A stretch of 64,000 nt of DNA from Abditibacterium sp. GTDB taxonomy: Bacteria; Armatimonadota; Abditibacteriia; Abditibacteriales; Abditibacteriaceae. Below the pieces are notes generated by a model. The model was not told the DNA's origin. It ran no database searches and saw only the letters and a list, made by a program, of their open reading frames with translations. The DNA is taken from positions 3,136,001-3,200,000 of the forward strand of contig OZ251992.1 of assembly GCA_965246885.1 (NCBI GenBank), given 5' to 3'. Of the stretch, positions 52,569 through 62,061 are shown one piece after another; position 1 is the stretch's first letter; each line of letters begins with the position of its first letter. The translations under genes and the position numbers were made by a program.

Positions 52569-53564
52569 ATGAGTTCCCACCCGCCGCTTTCTTTGGCCGA
52601 CATAGACGCCTTCGACCCGCACGGCCCGCCCGGTCGCAAGTGGTGCCCGTTGTGCGGAAACGATAAACCCAAAGATGCCGCGCACCGCAGCCTGAGCCTC
52701 GACCGCACCCAAGGCGTGTGGAAGTGCCACCGTTGCGGCGCGGCGGGCCGCACTGTCGAGGCAACGCCCCGCGCTTCTCTTCCGCGCGGTTTAGAAGGTG
52801 CCTTCACCCTGTTCCCGCATCGGCCTGCCGCTTCCCGCCAAGCAATGACAGACGTCTGGGAATCAACGACAGACGTCCGGGAATCAACGACAGATGGCGG
52901 CGACTCGTTCACCGCTTCCCCGGAGCCAACGACAGACGTCGGATTTGATTGGCGGGGCGTTTGGGACGCGGCGGCGGGCGTCGGCGGAACGCGCGGCGCG
53001 GTCTATCTTGGAAAGCGGGGCGGCGGCGAAGCGGAAACGGAGCACGCGGGCGTCCGCTTTACCTCCGGCTGGCGAAGCGGGGCGTCCGTCTTGTTTCCGC
53101 TTGTCAACCGCCAAGGCGAGGTAGTCGCTGTTCAAGGGCGCGCGGTGCGTGGAAATGCCAAGATTACCTACGGCCCCAAAAAGGAGGGAGTCTTTCTGGC
53201 CCCCGCCGTTTTGGGTGAAGGCGTTGTTTGCAGTCCGTTCGCACGCGATGCTCGCGTCATCGTTTTGACCGAAGCGCCCATAGATGCGCTGTCCCTCGCG
53301 GGGTGCGGAGTTCCCGCCGTCGCGCTGTGCGGCACGAGCGGCCCATCGTGGCTACACCTCGCGTGCGGGCTACGCCGCGTCGCGTTGGCCTTTGACGCCG
53401 ACGATGCGGGCGAACGAGCGGCAACCGAGCACATCGCTCGCCTCTCGCCCTATGGCGCCCGGTGCGAGCGGTTGCGTCCCGAAGGAGCCAAAGATTGGAA
53501 CGACATGTTGCTCCAGTTGGGGCGCGAGAGCCTGCGCGAGTGGCTGGCGCTCCGCTTGATCTAA
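52569..53564 (+). CDS. Zinc-finger plus Toprim primase-like protein
   Basis: 'CPLC...WKCHRCG'; 'TEAPIDALS', 'AFDADDAG', 'KDWND'. Confidence 0.85.
   Translation: MSSHPPLSLADIDAFDPHGPPGRKWCPLCGNDKPKDAAHRSLSLDRTQGVWKCHRCGAAGRTVEATPRASLPRGLEGAFTLFPHRPAASRQAMTDVWESTTDVRESTTDGGDSFTASPEPTTDVGFDWRGVWDAAAGVGGTRGAVYLGKRGGGEAETEHAGVRFTSGWRSGASVLFPLVNRQGEVVAVQGRAVRGNAKITYGPKKEGVFLAPAVLGEGVVCSPFARDARVIVLTEAPIDALSLAGCGVPAVALCGTSGPSWLHLACGLRRVALAFDADDAGERAATEHIARLSPYGARCERLRPEGAKDWNDMLLQLGRESLREWLALRLI
52844..52948 (-). repeat. 21-bp unit array, locus D, in frame inside the Toprim gene
   Basis: aatgacagacgtctgggaatc, aacgacagacgtccgggaatc and three degenerate units; reverse complement of locus C/E unit. 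Confidence 0.82.
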
Positions 53565-53594
53565 ATCGAACCGTGACCGGCTCGCGCGCCCGTT

Positions 53595-54191
53595 TCACCA
53601 CACGGCGGGCGGAGCGGCGGCGGGCTGGACGGGCGACGGCTCGCCCGTTTTGGCGCCGGTTGTTGTGGCGGCGGGGGTGGCGGGAAGCGGGCGCATTTTG
53701 ATGAGCTTGATGTCGGTGGCTTGGCCAGTCGCGGCGCTTTGTTCGGGGGTGCGGGCGCGGACTTCGATGATTACGCTCTCGTCGCCGTGTTGGTAGACGA
53801 TGGTGCCGCCCTCGCGCGGGCCGGAGTTGAGCGTCACGGCATACGAAGAGCCGAGCGTGGTGTTGGCGCCCACAACGGTGTTGTCGCCGGGAATGTCCCA
53901 CGAAAGGGAGAGGGGAACGTTGTTTTCCACCGGCACGCGTCCGGTGTAGAACTTCCACACGGTCTCCATGCTGTCCGAGGTGCTGAGCGAAAGCAAAAAC
54001 ACCGGGCCGCGCGCGAACGAGGCGCCGATGCGCGCGCCTTTGTAGCGCCACTGCTTGAACTCAGTTTTGACTTTGTCCTCGGTCGAAAGTGCCTTGGGCA
54101 CGGGGGTAGGAACGGTTGCGGCTTGGGCACAAGTAGCCGACAAAGAAAGCGCGACCAACGGGAAAAGCAACGAGCGGAAAGGTAATTGCAT
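53595..54191 (-). CDS. Hypothetical secreted protein
   Basis: Signal peptide 'CAQA'; Pro/Ala-rich tail. Confidence 0.65.
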   Translation of the reverse strand: MQLPFRSLLFPLVALSLSATCAQAATVPTPVPKALSTEDKVKTEFKQWRYKGARIGASFARGPVFLLSLSTSDSMETVWKFYTGRVPVENNVPLSLSWDIPGDNTVVGANTTLGSSYAVTLNSGPREGGTIVYQHGDESVIIEVRARTPEQSAATGQATDIKLIKMRPLPATPAATTTGAKTGEPSPVQPAAAPPAVW

Positions 54192-54225
54192 CGCGCATAT
54201 AGTTTGACGGATTAGCACATCCGCA

Positions 54226-55818
54226 ATGAACCGTCAAACTACGCCCCTCATGTCGCGTCGTCGCACTTCGCCGCCCTTTTCTCCCTCTTCTCGCGCAGAG
54301 TCAGCCATCGTTGACGTAGCGACGGCGCAGTTGTCGGTGTTTGAACTTGCGGCGCAGTTGATTTGGGCGCTGGAGCAAGGCCACGAAGGAGCGCGCGATC
54401 AGGTCGGGGTGCTGGTCACGCGTTATAACGAACTATTCGGCCATGAGCATCACTTGCACTTGGAAGGAAAGATGGACGATGGGGACGCACCTCCCGGCGC
54501 GGCGCGGCGCAAAGTTCCCGAAGTCATCCCGCAGCAAACCTCTCAAGAAGTGCGGTCGCTCGCCGTAGCGCTTTCGGATGGGCGGGCGCTCTCGCATTGG
54601 GAAGAGGTGTTGGGAGAGGTCGCTTTGCGCCACGCCGTGCCGGGCGAGCCGTTTCAAATCAAGTTTATGCCCAGTGCGCAGCTTATTGGTTGGATGCAGG
54701 GGAAATTCTCCGGCGAGGCGCTACGCGCGCAACTGCGCGACTGCGACCTCGACACGGTGCTGCTCCTCTATGAAGTGCTGGGGATGGCGGTATGGCACAT
54801 GGAGCGGGGCGAGTCAGCCTCAGTGACGATGGAGTTGGATGAGTTAATCAACGCCATCGGCTGGGGCAAAGCGGCGCGGCGTAGTAGCGACGAGCGCAAT
54901 CGCTTGCGGTTGCGCGTGTGGCATTGGCTGCTGATTTTCGATTCGCTCCAAGTGATCGGGCACCGTCCGGGGCACTACCGCGATCCGGGAACGGGCCGGA
55001 TTCTCGACCTGCGCTCGGAGGACGCGCTCCTTCGCGTCATGGGCCAACGGACGACGAATAATTTGTCAGCGCCCGTTGTTCCCACTGCGGTTCCCACTGT
55101 CCCATCGGAGGTAAACATTTCGCCCGGTCTTTGGATAGAGCGGCATCGGGGCAATCGCCAAATCTTATCGGAGTTCGGCAACGTGCGGATTTTGGCGCGT
55201 CTGCCCTCTGGCAAAGCGGGTGGAGCGTGGGCGCGCTGTATCGGCATGACTTTGTTGCAACGTTGGCGCGAGCGCGCGGCGCGCTTTGGCCCGTTCAAGA
55301 CGGAACTTTCCAAAGCGCCGCTGCTCAAGGCGGAAGTAAAGGAGGCCTTTGCGCCGCGCAGGGGCAGGCGACCAAAACTGCAGACGGGCCAACGGATGCT
55401 TGCGACTCCCTTGACGCTACCGCTTACGTTTTCGCCCCCGCCTTTCCATCCGTGTGAGAGCGCCGCGTCAGGGTGTTACCGCTTCACGCGCCGCGCGTTG
55501 CTCATGGGGTTGTTCCGCGCTCAACCGGACGTGGAGCAGATTCTCAAAAGCAACGACCCGGCGCGCGCGCGCGACTACTGGGATCAGGCCATCGAAATGC
55601 TGCAAAGCGCGGGTTTCCTGTCCCTTTATCGGGAAGTCGAAGCGCCCATCCCCAAGCGCCAAGGCTGGCAGATGGAGTGGTTGGACGCCCCAGTGGACTT
55701 GGTGCCCGGTTTGGAACCGCTCATTGCGGCCTACTACATTCGCCAAAGATCGCACTTGCCCGTCCTCCTGCCTCGCGCTCGCAAGACGCGTGGACGCCCG
55801 CGCAAGCAAAGGTGTTGA
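54226..55818 (+). CDS. Hypothetical protein, possible replication-initiator-like DNA-binding protein with AT-hook
   Basis: 530-aa ORF; 'VTMELDELINAIGW' wHTH-like segment; C-terminal 'RGRPRK'. Confidence 0.55.
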   Translation: MNRQTTPLMSRRRTSPPFSPSSRAESAIVDVATAQLSVFELAAQLIWALEQGHEGARDQVGVLVTRYNELFGHEHHLHLEGKMDDGDAPPGAARRKVPEVIPQQTSQEVRSLAVALSDGRALSHWEEVLGEVALRHAVPGEPFQIKFMPSAQLIGWMQGKFSGEALRAQLRDCDLDTVLLLYEVLGMAVWHMERGESASVTMELDELINAIGWGKAARRSSDERNRLRLRVWHWLLIFDSLQVIGHRPGHYRDPGTGRILDLRSEDALLRVMGQRTTNNLSAPVVPTAVPTVPSEVNISPGLWIERHRGNRQILSEFGNVRILARLPSGKAGGAWARCIGMTLLQRWRERAARFGPFKTELSKAPLLKAEVKEAFAPRRGRRPKLQTGQRMLATPLTLPLTFSPPPFHPCESAASGCYRFTRRALLMGLFRAQPDVEQILKSNDPARARDYWDQAIEMLQSAGFLSLYREVEAPIPKRQGWQMEWLDAPVDLVPGLEPLIAAYYIRQRSHLPVLLPRARKTRGRPRKQRC

Positions 55819-55841
55819 CTCAGGCGCTTTAGTGCGCGCGT

Positions 55842-56408
55842 TCAGGTTTCAGAGGAATCGGGCGCAGGCGGAGCTTTGACGCCACCGGCAACGGACGCGA
55901 CGCGGTAGTTGCCGCCTTCTTTGACCATGACGTAGAGCGCCTTGGTGAGGCTGTCATCGTGCGAAGTGAGGTCTACTTCGATAAGGATGTGCCCACCCAC
56001 GTTTTGCGCGGGGCCATAAACGACCTTTTTGGGACGCACGAAAGCGGGGTAGACGCGCTCGATCATGCTGCCGAACGCTTCGGGGGAAGCAAAGTTTCCC
56101 TTTAAGCCTTGGCTCTGATACTTGACGGCTTCGGGCCAGTTGCCGACGTTGAACGCATGCAACTGCGCGCCGATGGTCTTGATGACCGAGGCGCGCTCGG
56201 CTTTGCTCGCCGGGTGCGGCTTGACGGCGGGCGCGGCCTTGCGGGGCGCTTGGCGCGGCGCGGCATCAGCGACAGCTACGCCGCCTGTCGGGTGCCAGTT
56301 GGAGTAAAAGAAGGCGCCGCCCGAAAGCAGCGCCGCGACGACTAACGCGCAAAGCCCAAAGCGCGCGGGGCGCCGCGACGGGGATGATTGTGGTGTGAAC
56401 ATCGGCAT
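55842..56408 (-). CDS. DUF4864-like exported protein
   Basis: TM/signal then 'IGAQLHAF...FASPEAFGSMIERVYP'. Confidence 0.75.
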   Translation of the reverse strand: MPMFTPQSSPSRRPARFGLCALVVAALLSGGAFFYSNWHPTGGVAVADAAPRQAPRKAAPAVKPHPASKAERASVIKTIGAQLHAFNVGNWPEAVKYQSQGLKGNFASPEAFGSMIERVYPAFVRPKKVVYGPAQNVGGHILIEVDLTSHDDSLTKALYVMVKEGGNYRVASVAGGVKAPPAPDSSET

Positions 56409-56428
56409 TGCCCCACTCTTAGTGCATT

Positions 56429-57430
56429 TTACAAGCCCGCAAAGAGCGGCAATTGCCCGGTCGGGACGGCTTTCTTCGCTTCTTTGAGCGGCGCCGCGTC
56501 CAGCCCCAACGCGCGCAGGTCGGCGGCGAACTCTTCGGCGAAGCCGTGCGTCGTCCATACCTTCCGCGCTCCGCTCCGGCGCACATACTCGTGCAGGTCG
56601 GAGTAGCCCGCGTGATCCGACAGCGCGAACCCTTTGGGCGCCCCGTGCGCGAAGCGGCCATCGAGCGCCCAGCCCGACACGTTCGCGCACACAAGTTCGT
56701 GCGCCCCTTCCAACGCGCGCCACCACTTGGAGCGGCGGCACATCGCCGAACAGAGCAGTGCGCCCTCGACGCGCGCGCCTTCCTCGTGCACCGTGAAGGG
56801 CGCGAAGCTGGCGCCGTGCTGCTCATACACCGCGCACATCCGGGCGTGCGTCGCGTGCACCGCAATGGGAAAGCCGCACCCGTCCAACCCCGCCAACAAC
56901 TCCTGCCCCTTGCCGAGCGAGTAGCAAAACAGCACCGGCGTTTGGCCGTTCTCCAGCGCCGCGCGGCACCACGCCGTCACGTCCTCCAGCACATCTTGCA
57001 GTTCGGGGAACTCGTAGCGCGGGCGGCCAAAGGTCGTTTCCATCACCACAACGTCGGCGCGCGGCACTTCGATGGTCTCGCTCGAACGCGACGGGCGCAT
57101 CTTGAAATCGCCCGAATACAAGAGCCGCTCGCCATCGCGCGCTTCGACCAGAATCTGCGACGACCCCAACACGTGTCCGGCGGGATACAGCGACACGCGC
57201 GCGCCGTTCCACGCGAGCGGCTCGCCCCAACCGAGTGTCTGGAAGCGCGTCTTAGCCGCGCCGCGCGCGCGCATCATCGCCGCCGTCGCGGGACTGGCCA
57301 CGACGTGCGCGTGCTTCTTCATGTGGTCGGCGTGCGCGTGCGTCACCCACGCCGCCGCGCGCCGTCCGTGCGGGTCGAGGTGCAGATCGAACTGCGGGAG
57401 ATACAAGCCGCCGCGATAAAGAACTTCCAT
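56429..57430 (-). CDS. MBL-fold beta-CASP nuclease (ligase-associated exonuclease-like)
   Basis: 'THAHADH', 'PAGHVLGS', 'SGDFK', 'METTFG', 'YSLGKGQ', 'LSDHA', 'THG'. Confidence 0.9.
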   Translation of the reverse strand: MEVLYRGGLYLPQFDLHLDPHGRRAAAWVTHAHADHMKKHAHVVASPATAAMMRARGAAKTRFQTLGWGEPLAWNGARVSLYPAGHVLGSSQILVEARDGERLLYSGDFKMRPSRSSETIEVPRADVVVMETTFGRPRYEFPELQDVLEDVTAWCRAALENGQTPVLFCYSLGKGQELLAGLDGCGFPIAVHATHARMCAVYEQHGASFAPFTVHEEGARVEGALLCSAMCRRSKWWRALEGAHELVCANVSGWALDGRFAHGAPKGFALSDHAGYSDLHEYVRRSGARKVWTTHGFAEEFAADLRALGLDAAPLKEAKKAVPTGQLPLFAGL

Positions 57431-57442
57431 GAAATCCGGCTT

Positions 57443-58750
57443 TTAGCCAGATTCCGGACGCTTGGCAGGCGCGTCCGTGCCCTGCTCGCCCACTGTTCCC
57501 CGCAACTGCCGCGCCGCGCCCGCCACCCAGTAGCCGCTCTTGTTTTCCGCGTTCATCCACGCCACGCACGCCTCGCCTCCGTGCGAGCGCAGCCAACGGT
57601 CGAGAATCATCATCTCGTCCAACTGCGTCTTGGCGGTGTAATGGGCGGCGTCCTCAGGCGGCGCGAAGGTCGCCTTGATCTCTGCCCGCGCGCGCTCCCA
57701 ATCGGCGTCGGTGTTGGGAACGACCAAGTGACGGCGGACGGCGCCGCCGCGCACCAGAAACAGCGCCGTCGTCGGGCCGTTCTCACCGGGCAATCCCGGT
57801 TGCGCGATGACGGCGTTGTTTTGCTCGCGCATGCGCTCCAAGCGGCGCAAGCGGGCGGCGACCAGTTCGATGGCCTCCAACTCCAGCTTAATCTTGTGCG
57901 CGTCCTCAAAGCGCCACTCCTGCGACATGCGTTCCATGCGCGCGCGCAGCGCCTCGATTTGCGGCGCGTGCCCGGTTTGCAACAGCGCCACCAAGTCGTC
58001 GCAGATGCGCTGATAATCGGCGCGCTCGATTTGCCCGATGCACGGGCCAGAGCAACGCCCCAACTCGCGGTAAAAGCAGCCGCGCCCTTGCGGGTCTACT
58101 TCCAAGGCACCCTCGCACAAGCGCAGGGGAAACAGCTTCACGACGGCTTCCAAGGCCCAATACGCATGGCGCGGCGTCGTAAAAGGGCCAAGGTAGCGCC
58201 CCGACACTTCGCCCGCGCGCGGCGTTTCGAGGGGGCGGCTGTCCTCGCGCCGCATCCCCTCGCTCGCCTCGCGCAGGATGAGGCGCGTTTCGGCGTCGGC
58301 CTCGCCCTCGACGGGTTCGGCGCGCGTGATCGTTAGGCGCGGAAACGCTTCGTCGCTCAAGAGAAGATACGGATAGACGTTAAAACGCTTGTGCTGGCGG
58401 TTGAGAATCGGCTGGCGCTCGGCAATCAGACGCCGCTCTAACAGCAGGGCTTCCAATTCGCTGCCGACCTCCTGAAAGTCCATGCGCGTGATTTCCAAGA
58501 GGAGCCGCTTGATTTTCGCGGGACGCGGTTGCTGCGTGTTGGCGAAGTAGGAGCGCACCCGCTCGCGCAGGCATTTCGCTTTGCCGATGTACAGCAAGCG
58601 GTCGTTCATCCCGTAGAAGAAGTACACGCCCGGCGCCTTGGGCAGCGCTTTGCATCCCTCCTGAAAGCGTTTGCGCTTGCGGCCATCCAGCCGCCCCTCG
58701 AAAGGCGGCGGCGAGTGACGGGAACCAAAAGCGCGAAGAGGAACGGCCAT
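57443..58750 (-). CDS. UvrC/Cho-like GIY-YIG endonuclease with UVR domain
   Basis: 'PGVY...LYIGKAKCLRERVRSYF', 'EALLLE', Cys cluster, 'EWRFEDA'. Confidence 0.9.
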   Translation of the reverse strand: MAVPLRAFGSRHSPPPFEGRLDGRKRKRFQEGCKALPKAPGVYFFYGMNDRLLYIGKAKCLRERVRSYFANTQQPRPAKIKRLLLEITRMDFQEVGSELEALLLERRLIAERQPILNRQHKRFNVYPYLLLSDEAFPRLTITRAEPVEGEADAETRLILREASEGMRREDSRPLETPRAGEVSGRYLGPFTTPRHAYWALEAVVKLFPLRLCEGALEVDPQGRGCFYRELGRCSGPCIGQIERADYQRICDDLVALLQTGHAPQIEALRARMERMSQEWRFEDAHKIKLELEAIELVAARLRRLERMREQNNAVIAQPGLPGENGPTTALFLVRGGAVRRHLVVPNTDADWERARAEIKATFAPPEDAAHYTAKTQLDEMMILDRWLRSHGGEACVAWMNAENKSGYWVAGAARQLRGTVGEQGTDAPAKRPESG

Positions 58751-58826
58751 AGCGGGGCAAAGTACAGTGTGGCAAGACGGGGCCGGGTTCCGCGCGGAAT
58801 GGGTTAATGGGTGCCACACTTTCCCC

Positions 58827-60371
58827 GTGTCCCGCTTGCGTTCCCTATCGCTTCCGCTCTCGCTGTTCCTGCTTGCGCTTCTGGTGCGCGTCGTCGGGTT
58901 GGGATGGGGCTTGCCCAACGCGACGCGCTGGGGGTCGTATCATCCCGACGAATCGCCGCGCCAGATGGTCGGCGCGGTCGCGCTCCACCTCTTGCAAGGC
59001 GACTGGAACCCGCACTTCTTTAACTACCCCTCGGGGTGCATCTACGCGACGACAGTGATTTATTGGCTGATGGCAGCGCTGGGACTAACGACCGTCGCGG
59101 CGCCGTCGGCATATCCTTGGGCGACAATTCGGGACATCATCGTCGCGGGGCGCATCTTGTCGGGGGTCTGCGGGAGCGCGACGGCGGTGTGCGTGTGGGG
59201 CATGGCGCGCGAAGCGGGGTTGCGGCGCGGCGCGGTTTTGGCGGGCGTCTTGGCGGCGCTGTGTCCGGGCTTGGTGCAACATTCGCACTTCGCAACGGTG
59301 GACGTGCCCGCAACCTTCTTCGTGGCCGCGTGTTTGTGGGCGACGCTCCATGCGTTGAACAACCCCGCCCAAACGCGTGGCTGGATAGGGGCGGCGCTGT
59401 TGGCGGGGTTGGCGGCGGGCGCGAAATACAACGCGGGGCTGGTGGTCATTGCGCCGCTTGTGGCGCTCCTGCTGGCGCGGAGTGAGGCGGGGCAGAACAA
59501 ACCCGCGCGTTGGCTCCTCCCCGCGACACCCGCGCTGGCATTGCTCGCGTTTCTGGTCACGACGCCGTACGCGCTCTTGGCGCCGTCACAGTTCTGGGGC
59601 AACGCGCAAACGCAGTCGGGGTTCGGCTATGAACTGCTGGTGCATCCGCGCGAAGGAAGCGGCGAGATATTCCAAGGCACCGGGCTGGGCTGGTGGGTTC
59701 ATCTGACGTTCAACCTGCCCTTCGTCCTCACGTGGCCGCTTTTGCTGGCGGGATTATGGGGCGCGGTTGTCGCGGCGAAAGACCGGCGGCAGTGGCCCCT
59801 GCTCGCGTTCGCGTTGGTGTATTTCCTCATCATCGGCTTCTCGCAGGTGCGCTTCATGCGCTACACCTTTCTGCTCGTGCCGCCGCTTCTGGTGTGGCTA
59901 CCACTTGGCCTCAGGCGCTTGCCCAAGCCCGACGCATGGGCGGGCGCTTTGCTGATGTTCGCGCTCGCGGGCACGAAAGACGCGCTTCTGCCGCTCGTCA
60001 CGCCCGACCCGCGCGACCGGGCGGCGGCCTATATGAGGCGCGTCGGCGGCACGCCCACGCTGGTTGGCAACCCTTGGTTTTACACCCCGCCCTTTCAGCC
60101 GCGCAACGACAACTCGCCGGTGGCAGGCGTGAGAATCGTCGGCTTCGACGCGACGAAACTGACGCCGGGAACGGATACACTCGCAGTAAGCCAATACGAG
60201 GTGCGGGAAGCACTGCGTCTGAGGCCGGACGGCCCCGAAGCGAAGTTCTGGGCAACGGCGGGGCGCGGCGTGCTATTTGATTCGTTCAACACTCCGTTGC
60301 CGGGACGAAACTTCGAGCCGCACGATTATCTGTATACCCATCCGCGCGTTTGGGTTCTCCGTTTGCGCTAA
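58827..60371 (+). CDS. GT-C (GT39/ArnT-like) membrane glycosyltransferase
   Basis: 'YHPDE', 'FFNYP', 'SHFATVD', 'AKYNA', 'RY'; many TM segments. Confidence 0.85.
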   Translation: MSRLRSLSLPLSLFLLALLVRVVGLGWGLPNATRWGSYHPDESPRQMVGAVALHLLQGDWNPHFFNYPSGCIYATTVIYWLMAALGLTTVAAPSAYPWATIRDIIVAGRILSGVCGSATAVCVWGMAREAGLRRGAVLAGVLAALCPGLVQHSHFATVDVPATFFVAACLWATLHALNNPAQTRGWIGAALLAGLAAGAKYNAGLVVIAPLVALLLARSEAGQNKPARWLLPATPALALLAFLVTTPYALLAPSQFWGNAQTQSGFGYELLVHPREGSGEIFQGTGLGWWVHLTFNLPFVLTWPLLLAGLWGAVVAAKDRRQWPLLAFALVYFLIIGFSQVRFMRYTFLLVPPLLVWLPLGLRRLPKPDAWAGALLMFALAGTKDALLPLVTPDPRDRAAAYMRRVGGTPTLVGNPWFYTPPFQPRNDNSPVAGVRIVGFDATKLTPGTDTLAVSQYEVREALRLRPDGPEAKFWATAGRGVLFDSFNTPLPGRNFEPHDYLYTHPRVWVLRLR

Positions 60372-60382
60372 GCGCTTTTCTC

Positions 60383-61780
60383 ATGGCCTCTCAAATTTCC
60401 TTTGGCACCGACGGCTGGCGCGCGCAAGTCGCCGACGATTACACCTTCGCCAATCTGCGCGAACTCTCCAACGCCCTCGCGGTTTACCTCCTTAAGTTCC
60501 AGCCCGACAAGGTCAAGACCGGCGTTGCCATCGGCTACGACACGCGCTTTCGGAGTGCCGACTTCGCCCGCGTGGTCGCCGATACCCTTGCCGGAGCGGG
60601 GTTGCCCGTCTTCCTATCGGAGCGCGACGCTCCCACGCCTGCCATTGCGTGGGCGACGCGCTCCAAGGGCTTGGCGACGGGCATCATGATTACCGCCTCG
60701 CACAACCCGCCCGCTTACAACGGCTTCAAATTCTTCAACCCACTGGGCGGCCCCGCCGACAAAGACGCCACCAACGCCGTCGAACACGTGCTGGGCAAAA
60801 AGCCGCCCGCCAAGGTTGCTCCCGCAAGCGTGCAACTCTTCGACCCGCGCCCCGCGCTTGTCGAGCAACTGCACCGCGTTGTGGACTTTGACCGCCTCAA
60901 GTCCGTCAAAGGCGTGGCCGTTTACGACGCGGTGTATGGGACGGGGCGCGGCTACGCCGACGCGCTTTTGCGCGAGTGCAAATGGAAAGTTCACGCCATC
61001 CGCGAGAACCCCGACCCGATGTTTGGTGGCATCCTGCCCGACCCCGCTAACCCCGCTTGTAACGCCGCGCTGTGCGCCGAAGTCACCAAGCGCGGCGCCA
61101 ACCTCGGCTTGGCCAACGACCCCGACGCCGACCGCTTTGGCATCGTGGACTCGACCGGGCAATACCTCACCCCCAACCAAATCCTGCCCATCCTGTATTT
61201 TCACCTCTTGGAAACGCGCGGACACGGGCCAGTCGCCCGCACCCTGCCGACGACGGGGATGTTGGACGCCATCGCCAAAGCCTACGGCCAAGAAGTCATT
61301 GAAACGCCGGTCGGCTTCAAGTGGGTCGGCGCGGCCATCGAAGAACAGAACGCGCTATTGGGCGGCGAGGAATCGGGCGGACTTTCCATCCGGGGGCACT
61401 ACGGCGGCAAAGATGGCGTGTTGGCCGACCTGCTACTTGCGGAAGTGTGGGCGACGCACCAGAAGCCGTTGGGCCAACTGCTCAAGGAACTGGAGAAAAA
61501 GTTCGGCCAGTTCTTTTCAACGCGCACGGACTTGCATTTAGAGGACGAGCCGAAGCGCGCGCTCATGGAGCGGATGAAGAACACGCCGCCGCTCGAAGTC
61601 GCGGGGCAAAAAGTCGTCAAAGTCGTGGCGACGGACGGCGTGAAACTCACCCTTGCCGATGGCAGTTGGCTTCTCCTGCGCGCGTCGGGAACCGAGCCGC
61701 TCGTGCGCGTTTATTCGGAAGCGGGCAGCCAGAAGAAACTAAAGACGTTGGAAGCGGCGGCGACCAAGTTAGCGACGTAA
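60383..61780 (+). CDS. Phosphoglucomutase/phosphomannomutase
   Basis: 'FGTDGWR', 'TASHNP', 'DPDADR', 'GEESGG', 'RASGTEP'. Confidence 0.96.
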   Translation: MASQISFGTDGWRAQVADDYTFANLRELSNALAVYLLKFQPDKVKTGVAIGYDTRFRSADFARVVADTLAGAGLPVFLSERDAPTPAIAWATRSKGLATGIMITASHNPPAYNGFKFFNPLGGPADKDATNAVEHVLGKKPPAKVAPASVQLFDPRPALVEQLHRVVDFDRLKSVKGVAVYDAVYGTGRGYADALLRECKWKVHAIRENPDPMFGGILPDPANPACNAALCAEVTKRGANLGLANDPDADRFGIVDSTGQYLTPNQILPILYFHLLETRGHGPVARTLPTTGMLDAIAKAYGQEVIETPVGFKWVGAAIEEQNALLGGEESGGLSIRGHYGGKDGVLADLLLAEVWATHQKPLGQLLKELEKKFGQFFSTRTDLHLEDEPKRALMERMKNTPPLEVAGQKVVKVVATDGVKLTLADGSWLLLRASGTEPLVRVYSEAGSQKKLKTLEAAATKLAT

Positions 61781-61793
61781 GCGGCGCGGTGGC

Positions 61794-61919
61794 GCGCGTC
61801 TGTCACTCATCGGCGCGCGTCTGTCAGCGATTCCCGCGCGTCTGTCAGCGATTCCCGCGCGTCTGTCAGCGATTCCCGCGCGTCTGTCAGCGATTCCCGC
61901 GCGTCTGTCACTCGACGGC
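61794..61919 (+). repeat. 21-bp unit array, locus E
   Basis: gcgcgtctgtcagcgattccc x4 perfect (61815-61898) plus degenerate first and last units. Confidence 0.95.
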
Positions 61920-62061
61920 AGACGGCGGCGGATGACTCCCGGAGGGCGGCGGGCGCATGATTTTCCGCTCTTGGAGTGCGCCCGATGCTTAAACTGCGCC
62001 CGTTTTGGCACGCGCTTCGGCACTTGGAGAGGGGCGGGGCGTCTAAAGGTCAGCTTTTCCG

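Noticed and set aside
61794..61919. 21-bp arrays as a CRISPR array
   Set aside because: Units are contiguous with no unique spacers, and no cas genes are present.
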